The notes: generated from the letters alone by a model not told the origin. Positions 18,158-29,001 are shown, counted from the stretch's first letter. The stretch is DNA of 64,000 nt from Promethearchaeota archaeon (GCA_048938895.1 JBHLLU010000006.1:32001-96000), one strand, 5' to 3'. Made by a program: numbers and translations.

Positions 18158-19504
18158 ATGCCTGGGATTTTAGACGGTATAATAGTGTTAGATTTTTCGG
18201 AATACATCGCAGGTCCATACTGCGGATTCTTGTTAGCAGATTTAGGTGCCGAAGTTATAAAAATCGAACCCCCCGATGGTTCTGAAGAAAGACGATGGGG
18301 GAGATGGAAACGATATAAAGGGAATACAAGAATGGCTCTGACAGTGAATAGAGGTAAAAAAAGTCTTTGTCTCGACGTTAGAAAGGAAGAAGCAAAGAAA
18401 ATTATATACCGTATGGTTGAAAAAGCCGATATTGTAATCCAAAATTACACACCAGGAGTCGCTAAAAGACTGGGGATAGATTATGACACCTTATCAGCTA
18501 TCAACAAGGGTATAATTTTCGTCTCAAGCACCGCATTTGGTGAAACTGGGCCGTATGCATCGCGTAAAGGCTTTGATATTATTGCACATGCCGCTTCAGG
18601 TATGATGGCCGCCTATGCTGATGAAGATGGTAGACCTCGTGGACCCGGAGGAAGCCCATTTATAGATATTGGCACTGGTATGCTCAATGCTCTAAGTGCT
18701 GTATCGGCTCTGTTTGCTAGGACAAGAACCGGAGAAGGTCAAAAAATAGAAACATCTCTCTTTTGTACAGGATTAGCTTTAAGAGCTGCGGGCTTCGCAA
18801 AGATCGAAAGTCTGGATAAAGAAAAACATCAAGAGGAGTTAGATATTTTAAACAATGCTTTTCGACATGGAAAGACTCATACTGAAATTATTGACGAATT
18901 GGCTTATTTGAATCTTCGCTATGAAATGCCTAAGTCAACACGAATACTTGAAGTTCCTGACTGTAATCATAGACCTGCAGATAGATATTACCTCCCATAT
19001 TATCGGATTTATGAAACAGCAAACGGATTCATGAGTGTTGCCGCTCTCACCACTCGACAAAGAGAAGATATGTGTGAAATTATAGGTATTTATGAAAAGG
19101 GAGCTGGGGTGCCATTTAGTCAAATTGACGATGATGTTATATATGATAATCAATTATCAATGAAAGAGACATTTGAAAAACGTTTTCGAGAAAAAACAAC
19201 TGAGGAATGGATCGAAGCTTTGGAAAATGTTGGAGTGCCCTGCGGACCAGTAAATTACAGTGCAAACCTTTTTTATGATCCTCAGGTAAAGGCATTGAAT
19301 ATGATTTGGGATTTGGAAAATAGCAAGCTAGGGCCCTATCAAATGGTTGGTCACCCAATCAAATTCACGAAAAATCCTGTAAAACCCGGGAAAGGTGCCC
19401 CTACATTAGGGGAGGATACTATTTCCATCTTAGAACAGTTTGGGTATAGTAAGGATGAAATTGAGGATTTTAAAGAGAAAGCTGTTATTAAAATAGAAAA
19501 ATAG
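18158..19504 (+). CDS. CoA-transferase family III (CaiB/BaiF)
   Basis: IAGPYCGFLLADLGAEVIKIEPP, NRGKKSL, catalytic Asp in PFIDIGTG, APTLGEDT. Confidence 0.92.
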   Translation: MPGILDGIIVLDFSEYIAGPYCGFLLADLGAEVIKIEPPDGSEERRWGRWKRYKGNTRMALTVNRGKKSLCLDVRKEEAKKIIYRMVEKADIVIQNYTPGVAKRLGIDYDTLSAINKGIIFVSSTAFGETGPYASRKGFDIIAHAASGMMAAYADEDGRPRGPGGSPFIDIGTGMLNALSAVSALFARTRTGEGQKIETSLFCTGLALRAAGFAKIESLDKEKHQEELDILNNAFRHGKTHTEIIDELAYLNLRYEMPKSTRILEVPDCNHRPADRYYLPYYRIYETANGFMSVAALTTRQREDMCEIIGIYEKGAGVPFSQIDDDVIYDNQLSMKETFEKRFREKTTEEWIEALENVGVPCGPVNYSANLFYDPQVKALNMIWDLENSKLGPYQMVGHPIKFTKNPVKPGKGAPTLGEDTISILEQFGYSKDEIEDFKEKAVIKIEK

Positions 19505-19558
19505 AATTTTCAACTTCTCTTTTAATATCTGCTTTTGGATATCTAATTTAAAAAATTC

Positions 19559-19858
19559 TTAAATTTCTAACATACGTAATTTTTGGGATATATCCTTTCT
19601 TCTCAGAATTTTCATAAAATCATCTTTTCTCTGTTGAAGACGTGTTAGAAAAGAATCCAATTTATCAAAATTATTGAAATAATATTCTTTACCTTCCACC
19701 ATCATCTTCACACCGCGCTTTTCATTTAAAATAATAGCATAAATTCCTCCAACCTCTGAATCATGTTTAATAAAAACCTTTTCTGAATTTGGATTTTTTT
19801 CATTCCCTTTTTTTGCCCAGAAGTTATTTTTTAACAAATAAGATCGATACATTGACAT
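19559..19858 (-). CDS. Hypothetical protein (basic, 99 aa)
   Basis: Non-overlapping ATG ORF with protein-like composition. Confidence 0.6.
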   Translation of the reverse strand: MSMYRSYLLKNNFWAKKGNEKNPNSEKVFIKHDSEVGGIYAIILNEKRGVKMMVEGKEYYFNNFDKLDSFLTRLQQRKDDFMKILRRKDISQKLRMLEI

Positions 19859-20481
19859 TTTTCACACACAACCTTTTTTTAATTTTTTTTATGGTGAGTC
19901 ATCGAGATATGTTCAATAATATACCCGACAATACCATCGATATATAGCTCTGAGTATTATAAAATAAAGTTTAATTATAACATCGTGTAATATGCATGGA
20001 ACACAATATTACCCGAATATTACCTAACTTTATTTCTACACTACACAAGAAATTAAGATTTCAAAATTATATAAATCACAAAGTAAAAACTCCAGAAGTA
20101 TTTACTAAAAATTTTTTACTTAGGGTCATTTCAATTGGAAATTTCTTTTTATTCTGGAATATCCAGGTGCCATGATGTTTTTTAATCTAAACACCAACAT
20201 CTAAATCATATTAGTTGAATTTTAACATCGAAACCACAAAAAAATACAAAAATGGAGAGATTTCTAAAAAAAGCGACAAAAAATAATTATTTTCAATAAT
20301 GATTTTTCTAAAAAAGATACAATCTCTACAAATTTAGGAAAAAGATTGATGTTTGTTTGACTATAACGAAAAATTCAAGAAAAGACTTGATTAAAAAATG
20401 TTCAAAACAACTATTAACTAGTTAACATATGGGAGAATTTGAGTTACCTAGTAATTATGTATAGGGGTCTTTAAGCAAAAA

Positions 20482-20781
20482 ATGATATCAGAGGCTAAAT
20501 TTTTTCATAAAATTTTTGAAGAGTTTCTTTGTTTAGAAGAAAACCTACATGATAATGAGATTTGGAAATCAAATTCTATAATAAAACTTATGAAAGCTTC
20601 TCATGAAATTGAAGACAAGCACATTATTACCGAAGGATTGAAAATGATCCTTAATTTATGCAAATTTAGAGAAACCGGAGAGTTAATCGATTTTTATGAA
20701 TTAGAAAGCTATCCTATAGACAAGCTAAATAAACAAGATAAATTTCTCGTAGATTCTATCTTAAGAGCCGAATTCACTTAA
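20482..20781 (+). CDS. Hypothetical protein (acidic, 99 aa)
   Basis: ATG ORF whose 3' end overlaps the convergent PUA gene by 8 bp. Confidence 0.6.
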   Translation: MISEAKFFHKIFEEFLCLEENLHDNEIWKSNSIIKLMKASHEIEDKHIITEGLKMILNLCKFRETGELIDFYELESYPIDKLNKQDKFLVDSILRAEFT

Positions 20782-21280
20782 ATTGCTTTTCAAATTCCCA
20801 AATAGCGTCTTGAATTGTGTGAAGGTTCTTTATAACTTTCCCTGAAGTTTTTGATTCCATTTCTGCTGCATCAAACATAGCTTTTCCAACTGCTAATGCT
20901 CTATGTTTCGTTTCTTCCTCTATTTTTAAGATATCCCCTTTTTTTATAGTAGGATCGATCTTGGTGATTCCTGGTCTCATTACATCAGCCCCATTTGTAA
21001 CGTAGCGAACTGCTCCAAAATCTACTACAATTGTTTTTAATTCTACCTTATTATTTAAAAGAAAGGTTAATACTGGGATATAGCCATCCTTAGATTTCCA
21101 CAGTTTCAATTCGTTATTAACCGCGTATAACATGTCACCAGATTCCGTTTGGATAAGTTCTACCTTACTTTTTTGTGGAAAAATTTGATCGACAAAATTA
21201 TGGTCATAATGACTTAGGATTTCGTTTTTCAGATCATTTAATTCGGATTTTCGAATAAAGTGTCTTTGTTTAATTTTCAT
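20774..21280 (-). CDS. PUA-domain RNA-binding protein (DUF1947+PUA, MCT-1/Tma20 homologue)
   Basis: VVDFGAVRYVTNGADVMRPGI, ALAVG, GKVIKNLH. Confidence 0.9.
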   Translation of the reverse strand: MKIKQRHFIRKSELNDLKNEILSHYDHNFVDQIFPQKSKVELIQTESGDMLYAVNNELKLWKSKDGYIPVLTFLLNNKVELKTIVVDFGAVRYVTNGADVMRPGITKIDPTIKKGDILKIEEETKHRALAVGKAMFDAAEMESKTSGKVIKNLHTIQDAIWEFEKQFK

Positions 21281-21368
21281 TATACAAATTGCATCTAGAC
21301 TTTTCTTAAATAAAAATCTTTTAATTAATTTTCATTAAAATAAAAGAAAAAATATTAATCAAAATTCA

Positions 21369-21911
21369 ATGAATAAAGTTTATAATTCTGCTGTGGTAAT
21401 AATCCCTCCTAAAGAATTGTGGGCTCCAATTCAAAAAATTCGTAAAATATATGATAGAGGATTTAACAGATGGATGCCCCATATAACATTACTTTACCCA
21501 TTCAGACCTAAAACAGAATATATTACTTTTGAACAAAAATTTATCAAGACTTGTGAAAAAATTCATCCGTTTGAATTATCTCTGAGAGGATTTAAATATT
21601 TTAGTCATGGACGTCAAAACTATACTATATGGATAGATCCACAACCTGCTGATTTAATTATCAATTTACAAGCAGAAATTCTAAAACTTGTTCCAGATTG
21701 TAATGATGTAAATAAATATAAGAGCGGTTTCAAACCACATCTAAGTGTCGGACAACTCAAAGGGAAACAAGAATTGCTTGATATTATCCCAAAATTACAG
21801 AAAAATTGGAAAGAAATCAAATTTACTCTCAACAAAATTTACTTTATCTCTCGGGAGAATACCAAAACTTCTCAATTTGAAATCTCCACTCAAATCTATT
21901 TTGAAAATTAA
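21369..21911 (+). CDS. 2H phosphoesterase / 2'-5' RNA ligase family protein
   Basis: Two HxT/S motifs: PHITL and PHLSV. Confidence 0.88.
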   Translation: MNKVYNSAVVIIPPKELWAPIQKIRKIYDRGFNRWMPHITLLYPFRPKTEYITFEQKFIKTCEKIHPFELSLRGFKYFSHGRQNYTIWIDPQPADLIINLQAEILKLVPDCNDVNKYKSGFKPHLSVGQLKGKQELLDIIPKLQKNWKEIKFTLNKIYFISRENTKTSQFEISTQIYFEN

Positions 21912-23553
21912 AGGAAAGTTTTGTTAAGCAAATCTTCTAGTAAAGGGTAATTAGTTAATTGAATTTCTTCATGGGTTTTATAAAAGTTATTTAAAGTTTG
22001 CCAAATAGAATCTATATTACTTAATTCCCTAATAAAATGTCTTAATTTCTGTTTTGCAAGGTAAGATTGACCCTTAAATAAATAGCACACTGAAAAAGAA
22101 TTTATACGACTCATAATAATCGTATATTCCCCAAATTTTGCTCTGTCTAACCCTTCGGAGAAGATTTCATTACTAAATAAATTAAATGCAGTTAAAAAAC
22201 TACCAATGATATCCTCTTCAATTGTTAATCCTTGAGTGAATGTCTTGGAAAACAAAGGTAATCCACCTTCAGATATAATTAAAAGAAGGACTGGAATTTC
22301 GGATTCTACATTTGGTGTGTGTACAGCATGCTTTTTCAGCATATTTTCCATATAATCATTTATATGAACCATTTCTAGAAGTTGATCTATAGAAGCTTTC
22401 AAATCCTTTAGATTATCCCAAATACTAAGTTGCTTAAGTAACTCATCATGTTCATTTGAAATTATAACTGCTAGTCTATTAAGTTTAAATTTTTCAGCTA
22501 AATATTGTGCTTGGGATAATATTTGCCGCGCTTTCTTAAGATCTAAAGTCAATAATGCTAATTTAGCGTTTAAAATATAAGCTTCGACTTGAATCCAGTA
22601 AGAATCTTGATCTTATGCCATATCTGATAATCTAGTTATTAAAAGTTGTATCTCCTCCAGAATTTCACTATCTTTTGTAATTTGTAATTCACTTAGAAGC
22701 AATTCACAAAGGTTAATAAGTGCCTTAACAGAAGATTCAAAATGGATAACATGTTCTTCAATGATTTTTCTCAGTATATCTTCAGCTTTTACTCGATTTC
22801 TTAATCGAGGGCTTGATTTTAAGACATATGCATAACCTTCCCGATAAAATAGATCAATTAGTTCATTCTCTTCTTGATTATTAAGCTGCTCTAAGCGCAA
22901 CAAACAACTTTTAGCTAATTCTATATTACCCATTTCAAGAGCAATATCCAATGTTGTACTAAGCCCAAAAGCTAAGCCTACTACACTCTTATTAGATAAG
23001 AATTTATTATAAAATGTTATACAACGCTTTCCATATATTAATGCTTGATCTAAATCGCCTAATATACGATACCGTTCTGCAAGATTGTTAAGACTTGTTG
23101 AAATTAATCGTAAATCGTTAATTTCTTCAGCAATTAATATAGCTTCTTCTTGATATTTTAGTGATTCTCTTTCATCGCCTTTAAAAACAAAAACATTTCC
23201 TTTTAATCTTGTTAAACGAAATCTTCGCATTTTTCAATTTTTTCAAGACTTTTGTCTAGTTTTCCTAACATTTGTAGTGAACGAGCTTGTATTAAAAGAG
23301 CGTCGAATGAATGAAATTTAATATTTAAACGTTTAGCTTCTTCATATCCTATCTCAGCGAGTTTAATCGATTCATTATAATTTCCTAGGCATCCTAAACA
23401 ATCACTCTTTATTATTTGGAAAGCATTTTGCTCTACCTCTGTTAGATTTCCTCTCTCTTCAACTTTTTGAATAATTTGAAGAGCCTCGTTAAGATTTCCT
23501 TCATTGAAAAAATTACGGGCATCAGTTAACTCTTGAGATTCGGAAAAGAGCAT
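21908..23553 (-). pseudogene. Disrupted TPR protein with C-terminal longin-like domain
   Basis: Three fragments. There is a frameshift near 23220 and an in-frame TAA at 22613-22615, followed by 20 sense codons (DQDSYWIQVEAYILNAKLAL) that run in frame into the 22552 ORF. The C-terminal LLLIISEGGLPLFSKTF...IIGSFLTAF is longin-like. Confidence 0.8.
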
Positions 23554-23835
23554 ATTTTCATCAGAATTAAATTTTAATTAAGAAACTCAAGTTTATCTAA
23601 CTTTTGAAATGAGATTTCTAAATATATAATATAAAGAAAGAACTCATCTTTATTTAAAAGATTTACTGAGAAGTAATTGTTTCCAATGAGTAATTTGATT
23701 TTAAGAACCGAAAGATTGAATTGTAAAATTCTTAATGAAATTCCCTATAAAAAAGAATAATTAACATTTTTATATCCGAATTTCATTAATTAATTAATTA
23801 CAAACCGAAAATTATTTTCTGGAAAATTTGGCATC

Positions 23836-24417
23836 ATGAATGATAAAAATAAATCTGACGAAAATTTGGTGTTTCATGACCGATCTGAGATGATATTTAA
23901 GATAATTGTTATAGGAGACCCAGCGGTTGGTAAAACGAGTCTGTTGACTAATTTCTGTGGCGATAAGTTTCAATATGAATATGTTCCTACTGTAGGTGTT
24001 AATATTACCAAAGAGAAAGTCACTGTTAAGAACGACATGGGCAAGGACACAAATATAAGTCTTATGGTATGGGATGTAGCAGGTCAACCTCAATTTTATA
24101 TGCTCCACCGACCCTACTTTAACGGTGCCGATGGAATGATACTAGTCTATGACGTTACTCGGTCAAGTTCATTCTCAAATATAAACAATTGGTATTCAAC
24201 TGCCGTCAAATATGGACTTTCTGGTATTCCCCGTATTCTAATTGGTAATAAAATTGATTTAAAGGATGAAAAAAAGATTATTCTTCCAATGGCTGAACAT
24301 TTAAGCCAAAAACTCAATGCGCCATTTTTTGAAACCTCTGCATTAACAGGAGAGAATGTTTCTGAAATTTTCCATAAAATCGGAGAATTGACACTTCTTT
24401 CAAAACTACAAGAATAA
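23836..24417 (+). CDS. Rab/Ras-like small GTPase (eukaryotic signature protein)
   Basis: G1 GDPAVGKT, G2 PTVG, G3 WDVAGQ, G4 NKID, G5 ETSA; no C-terminal prenylation Cys. Confidence 0.95.
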   Translation: MNDKNKSDENLVFHDRSEMIFKIIVIGDPAVGKTSLLTNFCGDKFQYEYVPTVGVNITKEKVTVKNDMGKDTNISLMVWDVAGQPQFYMLHRPYFNGADGMILVYDVTRSSSFSNINNWYSTAVKYGLSGIPRILIGNKIDLKDEKKIILPMAEHLSQKLNAPFFETSALTGENVSEIFHKIGELTLLSKLQE

Positions 24418-24517
24418 TTTTTTTATAATTGTCACTCCTTGCTTCAACCGTAAGCTAAATATAGTAGCTAGACATATTTAGAATCAGTAATAATTTTTTT
24501 GAGGAGGAGATTAATTT

Positions 24518-24808
24518 TTGAAAATCCAAGAAGAAGATTTATTAGAGGCTAGAGTTCGCAAGTTAGAAATGATTGAGGATGTTTATGTAGTCACCACATT
24601 TTTTATCATGATTGCACTAATTTTTTTGGCTACATATACAATTCCTGACCTTTTGGATATCATTAGGTCAGATCGAGCTATTATTTTCAATTTAAATGAA
24701 ATTGTAAAAATTATATTAGTGTATTTGATTATTTTAATTGAGATAATTGGATTTTTTGTAATTCGAAGTTATAATCGAAAAGTTAAAAAGGAAAAAGATA
24801 AAAAATAG
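24518..24808 (+). CDS. Small 2-TM membrane protein
   Basis: Two hydrophobic segments and a basic C-terminus; TTG start after GAGGAGGA. Confidence 0.65.
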   Translation: MKIQEEDLLEARVRKLEMIEDVYVVTTFFIMIALIFLATYTIPDLLDIIRSDRAIIFNLNEIVKIILVYLIILIEIIGFFVIRSYNRKVKKEKDKK

Positions 24809-24822
24809 CTTTCAAATAAACA

Positions 24823-25386
24823 TTATCCCTTTACAGTTAATTTGTTAATCCAAAAATTGATTTTTTCTTTTAATTCTTCTTTTATTTCTTCTGGAAGAGA
24901 TGCTAGCACTTTCAATTTATTATTAAACTGACCAATTTCATAAAGAATCCTATGTCCTCCTGTAAACTCATAGATCTCCTGTTTTAGATTTTTTAATATA
25001 ATGACAACAGTTTGAGGATCATCATTCTCATCTAAATAATCCATTAAACTTCTAAACTCATCTACTATTGATATTTTTCTGTCTGTTGCGGATATGTTAC
25101 GCTCAACAGTTTCAGCTTCCACTTCCTTTGGTTGGGATGAAATGTTAGATCTTTGAATTAATGTTCTGATTAAATCGAGTTCTGCTTCCAGAATCTTTTG
25201 ATTTTCAATAACATTAGTGAGTTGCGGTAATAATGCTTTTACATCAATTGTAGCCTTGCTTAATTCATCAACTTTTTCAGTAAGCATATTTAACTTTAAA
25301 TTAGTTTGACCTAACTTTGTTATTATATCAAGGCCAAATTTCTCAAGGATTGATGCAAATTTTTCAATTTCTTCTGAAGGACTCAT
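24823..25386 (-). CDS. Hypothetical coiled-coil/helical protein
   Basis: Heptad pattern LNMLTEKVDELSKATIDVKALLPQLTNVIENQKILEAELDLI. Confidence 0.7.
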   Translation of the reverse strand: MSPSEEIEKFASILEKFGLDIITKLGQTNLKLNMLTEKVDELSKATIDVKALLPQLTNVIENQKILEAELDLIRTLIQRSNISSQPKEVEAETVERNISATDRKISIVDEFRSLMDYLDENDDPQTVVIILKNLKQEIYEFTGGHRILYEIGQFNNKLKVLASLPEEIKEELKEKINFWINKLTVKG

Positions 25387-25528
25387 TACGTTTCCCCCTT
25401 AAGATTTAAGTTGCATAAAGATATTTAATGATTAAAAAAGAGTGCTTTTACAAAAACTATTTTTTATCGAAATTTATTATTTAATTATTTAATTAATAAT
25501 CATAATGGTATTATAAAAAACTTCTGAA

Positions 25529-26419
25529 GTGGAAAACTTGATTCAGTACATAAACATTCTTACTAAAGATGGGAAATCCTTACTTTTCAGGAATTACGGA
25601 ACTTCTGAAGTAGACAGAGATTTATTAGCTGGATTCTTAAGTGCTTTTTCAGGTTTTATGAAAGAAATTAGCCAGAGTGATATTAAAAGTACTCAGACCG
25701 AGGATTTCAAGTATTTTTATACAATTATTGATACCATTATCATTGTAGTTTGTACTGATTTAGAGGATGATGATTCCACTATTAATTCTAAAATCTTGAG
25801 TATTAGAACGAGATTTGTTGAACAATATGGTAAACTGCTTGAGGATGGTAGTTGGGCAGGAAATCGTACTCTTTTTTATGACTTTGAAAAGGAATTAGAT
25901 AATCTTATCCTTGGAGCGATTAAGATTTCTATCCTTGGCTTCCCAGAAGTTGGAAAAACTACATTAACAAAATTAATATGTGGAAAGGATGTTGATCTTG
26001 AGTACGTACCTACAATTACAGCAGATATTGCTTCCTATGATGGAGATGAATTCGAGCGATCCATTACTTTATGGGATTTCGCAGGTCAAGCTCAATTTAG
26101 ATCATTATGGAAAAGCCTTTTAGAGGGTTCAGATATTTGCATTTTAGTGACTGATTCTACATATGAAAATATAAATGGTTCTAAAGAAATCATTTATGAT
26201 ATATTGGATAAATATTATCAAAATAAATTAGTAATTGGTATTGCAAATAAGCAAGACTTGCCAAATCGGCTTTCACCTGAATTTTGCGAAAGGATATTAT
26301 CTAGTGAAAAACGAGTTATCAAAACCCATGGAATGATCGCAATTGAACCAATGTATCGAGAAAAAATTTTGGCTATATTAAAAGAAGCAATAAAAGAAAT
26401 CTCAGTAGTTAGTGACTAA
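25529..26419 (+). CDS. Longin-like domain fused to Arf-like small GTPase
   Basis: N-terminal INILTKDGKSLLFRNY...DRDLLAGFLSAF; C-terminal GFPEVGKT, WDFAGQ, NKQD. Confidence 0.88.
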   Translation: MENLIQYINILTKDGKSLLFRNYGTSEVDRDLLAGFLSAFSGFMKEISQSDIKSTQTEDFKYFYTIIDTIIIVVCTDLEDDDSTINSKILSIRTRFVEQYGKLLEDGSWAGNRTLFYDFEKELDNLILGAIKISILGFPEVGKTTLTKLICGKDVDLEYVPTITADIASYDGDEFERSITLWDFAGQAQFRSLWKSLLEGSDICILVTDSTYENINGSKEIIYDILDKYYQNKLVIGIANKQDLPNRLSPEFCERILSSEKRVIKTHGMIAIEPMYREKILAILKEAIKEISVVSD

Positions 26420-26497
26420 TTTATAGCTATAAATCATATTTTATAATCATAATCATTTTAAGATTTTCAAACCTTTTTCCAATTATTAAATTAAATT

Positions 26498-28255
26498 TTG
26501 GCGATTTACTTGATCGAATTAATAATAGAAGATATTAAATTAGAGGATTCAGAAGGAAACACTGAAATTATCAAATTACCTGAACTAACTGAAGAGGAAA
26601 GAAATATTATTGATCCGATTATTGCTCCTACATCAGGTTTGAGAATTCAAATTTGTGATGTAATTGAAGAAAACAAGAAATATTTTATCCCAAATAGAAA
26701 ATTATTTCTGTTTCTAAGAGTCTTTAAAGCGATCAGTCAATATTATATTGAAGAAATAAGAAATCAAAATTTAAAGATACTAATTGTAACTGACGATCGT
26801 CCAAGTAGACATTTATTGTTAAAATATTGTTCTCAAATTTTTGCTTATGACGGGTTTAAAATATACTATCAACAAGATTCTCCTAATGAATCAAGAGTAT
26901 CTTCCCCATATGGGGCTGCATCTGTTGCCTTATATGATGATATCGATCTTCTCATTGTACTTACTGCAAGCCATAATGATTTATCCTGGAATGGAATTAA
27001 GTTTTATATTGAATACCCAATGCCTATGTCTGGTAAAATATTCCAAGAAATCTCTAAAAAAGCCTTAACTTATAAGGAAATCTTTCTAAAAACAGATTTT
27101 GAAGCTATCCAAATTGAAGCTATAAACAAAAACAATGAATATGTGAAGAAATTAGTATCAGAAGTAATAGAAATTAAAAGCATTAAAGGTAAAAATATTG
27201 TAATTTGGCCTTATTTAGGTAAAGCCCGAGGAATTGTTGATTTATTCAAAGAATATGGAGCAAATGTGATATTAATTGAAGAGGAAATTAATCCCCCTAA
27301 TCCTATCAAAGTCATTTTTGAAGATACATTACAGAAGATTATGAGCCAAAATAATTCTATTCTTGCACTCCTCTTAGATGCTGATAGAGATAGAATTGCT
27401 TTGTACGTAAAACAAAATGGAAAATATTATACCTATATCCCAAATGAAATATATTCAGCAATGCATACTATCTTAGCTAAGGAATTTAATAAAAAAATTA
27501 TAAATGTAAGAACTATTCCAAGCGATTTACGCGGAGATCATGCAAGTTATATTAACATTTTGACTGGTGTAGGATATAAACATATAGGAGTTATTATGTA
27601 TTTCTTATTTGGTATAGCGGTAGAGCAGTCAAAAATTGATACAGCAATACTGTACTATGAGGATCAAAGTAAAAATTTGATCAAAATAAATAATCCGATA
27701 CCTTTAAGGCAAGAAATAATAGATTTGATGAATCTTGAAGATAAAAATAGCGAAAAGTTTTTAGCTGTATATTGGGAAGAGTCTGGTGGTCATACTTTAA
27801 ATATAGTAAACGTTTCAAAGGATCCAGTAAATGGCACCTTTAGTTTCTCTACAAATTTACCTATTATTGCTGATAAATACCCTGTTCCTGCATTAGTTCT
27901 TATAACAGAACTAATTTGTCGAGGATTTACTATTTCAGAATCAATAGATTGGTCAATTATGGGAATAAATAGAACAATTCCAGCTATTGATGAAGAAAAA
28001 GTTGAGATTATGGAGAAGTTTAAAAAATTTGATGGGAAAACTATTTGCATTGATAATAAAGAATATAAAGTCCATGCATTATCGGATAATAACGATATGA
28101 TAGATATCTATCAACTTAAAAGTACTGATTCAACACTTTATTTTCGTCCCAGTGGAACAGGTCCAGAAGTGAGATTCTATATTTTTGGAAAACGAGAAAC
28201 TCATTTAGAGGAAATAAAAAAAGTAATGGATTATATCAATAGTAATTTCAAGTAA
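26498..28255 (+). CDS. Alpha-D-phosphohexomutase (PGM/PMM family)
   Basis: TASHN catalytic Ser loop, metal loop DADRDR, EESGG, FRPSGTGPEVRFY. Confidence 0.85.
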   Translation: MAIYLIELIIEDIKLEDSEGNTEIIKLPELTEEERNIIDPIIAPTSGLRIQICDVIEENKKYFIPNRKLFLFLRVFKAISQYYIEEIRNQNLKILIVTDDRPSRHLLLKYCSQIFAYDGFKIYYQQDSPNESRVSSPYGAASVALYDDIDLLIVLTASHNDLSWNGIKFYIEYPMPMSGKIFQEISKKALTYKEIFLKTDFEAIQIEAINKNNEYVKKLVSEVIEIKSIKGKNIVIWPYLGKARGIVDLFKEYGANVILIEEEINPPNPIKVIFEDTLQKIMSQNNSILALLLDADRDRIALYVKQNGKYYTYIPNEIYSAMHTILAKEFNKKIINVRTIPSDLRGDHASYINILTGVGYKHIGVIMYFLFGIAVEQSKIDTAILYYEDQSKNLIKINNPIPLRQEIIDLMNLEDKNSEKFLAVYWEESGGHTLNIVNVSKDPVNGTFSFSTNLPIIADKYPVPALVLITELICRGFTISESIDWSIMGINRTIPAIDEEKVEIMEKFKKFDGKTICIDNKEYKVHALSDNNDMIDIYQLKSTDSTLYFRPSGTGPEVRFYIFGKRETHLEEIKKVMDYINSNFK

Positions 28256-28312
28256 AATCACATTAAATTTCGGAATCGACATATTTAAATATGATTATAT
28301 TTTTATTATATA

Positions 28313-28353
28313 TAAAATATCGATATGTCAAATAAAGACATGTTGATATTTTA
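28313..28353. promoter_or_regulatory. Inverted repeat, probable PadR operator
   Basis: taaaatatcgatatgtc-aaataaa-gacatgttgatatttta: 17-bp arms with 2 mismatches and an ATGT-N9-ACAT core, 13 bp upstream of the PadR ATG. Confidence 0.7.
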
Positions 28354-28366
28354 GGGGTTAACAGTT

Positions 28367-28927
28367 ATGAGTACGGATAAATTTGTCGAAAATATAGAAC
28401 AATCTATGAAAAGTGGGTATATCAGCATGCTTATTTTGTTAGCTCTTGAAAAAGAGAAAGAGGCAAATGGTTATAAGCTCATGAAATTGATATCTGAAGA
28501 TACATTTGGTGAATGGCGTCCAACCAATTCCACTATATATCCTTATCTTTCCAACCTTACAGACAGAGGATTAATTCATTATAAAACGAGGAAACAAGGT
28601 GAAAGAGAAAGTAAAGAATATTCCTTGACAATGAAAGGCAAGAAGATCTTAAAAATGTTAGTAGAAAAGCAACAAGAAATGAATATAACCTTGTTTAGCT
28701 TCATATCAAATGTTATTGATATAAAAACTCTTCCTATTCGTTTATTCAACTTTTTTGACCAATCCTTTAATGAAAATATGTTAATGGGTAAATCTGATAA
28801 AGAAAAAATCGAAATTCTTAATAGACGACTTGAAATATTAAATTTTATCTTGGATATTATTGGGAAGAATAAAGTTGAAATGAAGAAAGAATTAGAAATT
28901 CTCAAGGGTAAAACTCCTGAGAACTAA
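28367..28927 (+). CDS. PadR-family transcriptional regulator
   Basis: NGYKLMK, STIYPYLSNL, GLI, KEYSLTMKGK. Confidence 0.9.
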   Translation: MSTDKFVENIEQSMKSGYISMLILLALEKEKEANGYKLMKLISEDTFGEWRPTNSTIYPYLSNLTDRGLIHYKTRKQGERESKEYSLTMKGKKILKMLVEKQQEMNITLFSFISNVIDIKTLPIRLFNFFDQSFNENMLMGKSDKEKIEILNRRLEILNFILDIIGKNKVEMKKELEILKGKTPEN

Positions 28928-29001
28928 ATTGTGAGGAGATTACCTTCCTCAGATTTATACAAAAAAAATCTAATAAAAAAAGAAAAAGAGTAAAGAAGAA
29001 C

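Noticed and set aside
22613-22615. Possible stop-codon recoding (Sec/Pyl) in the TPR gene
   Set aside because: The codon is TAA, not TGA or TAG, and the gene has a second lesion, so pseudogenisation is simpler.
23812-24108. 98-aa minus-strand ORF
   Set aside because: Antisense to the Rab-like GTPase.
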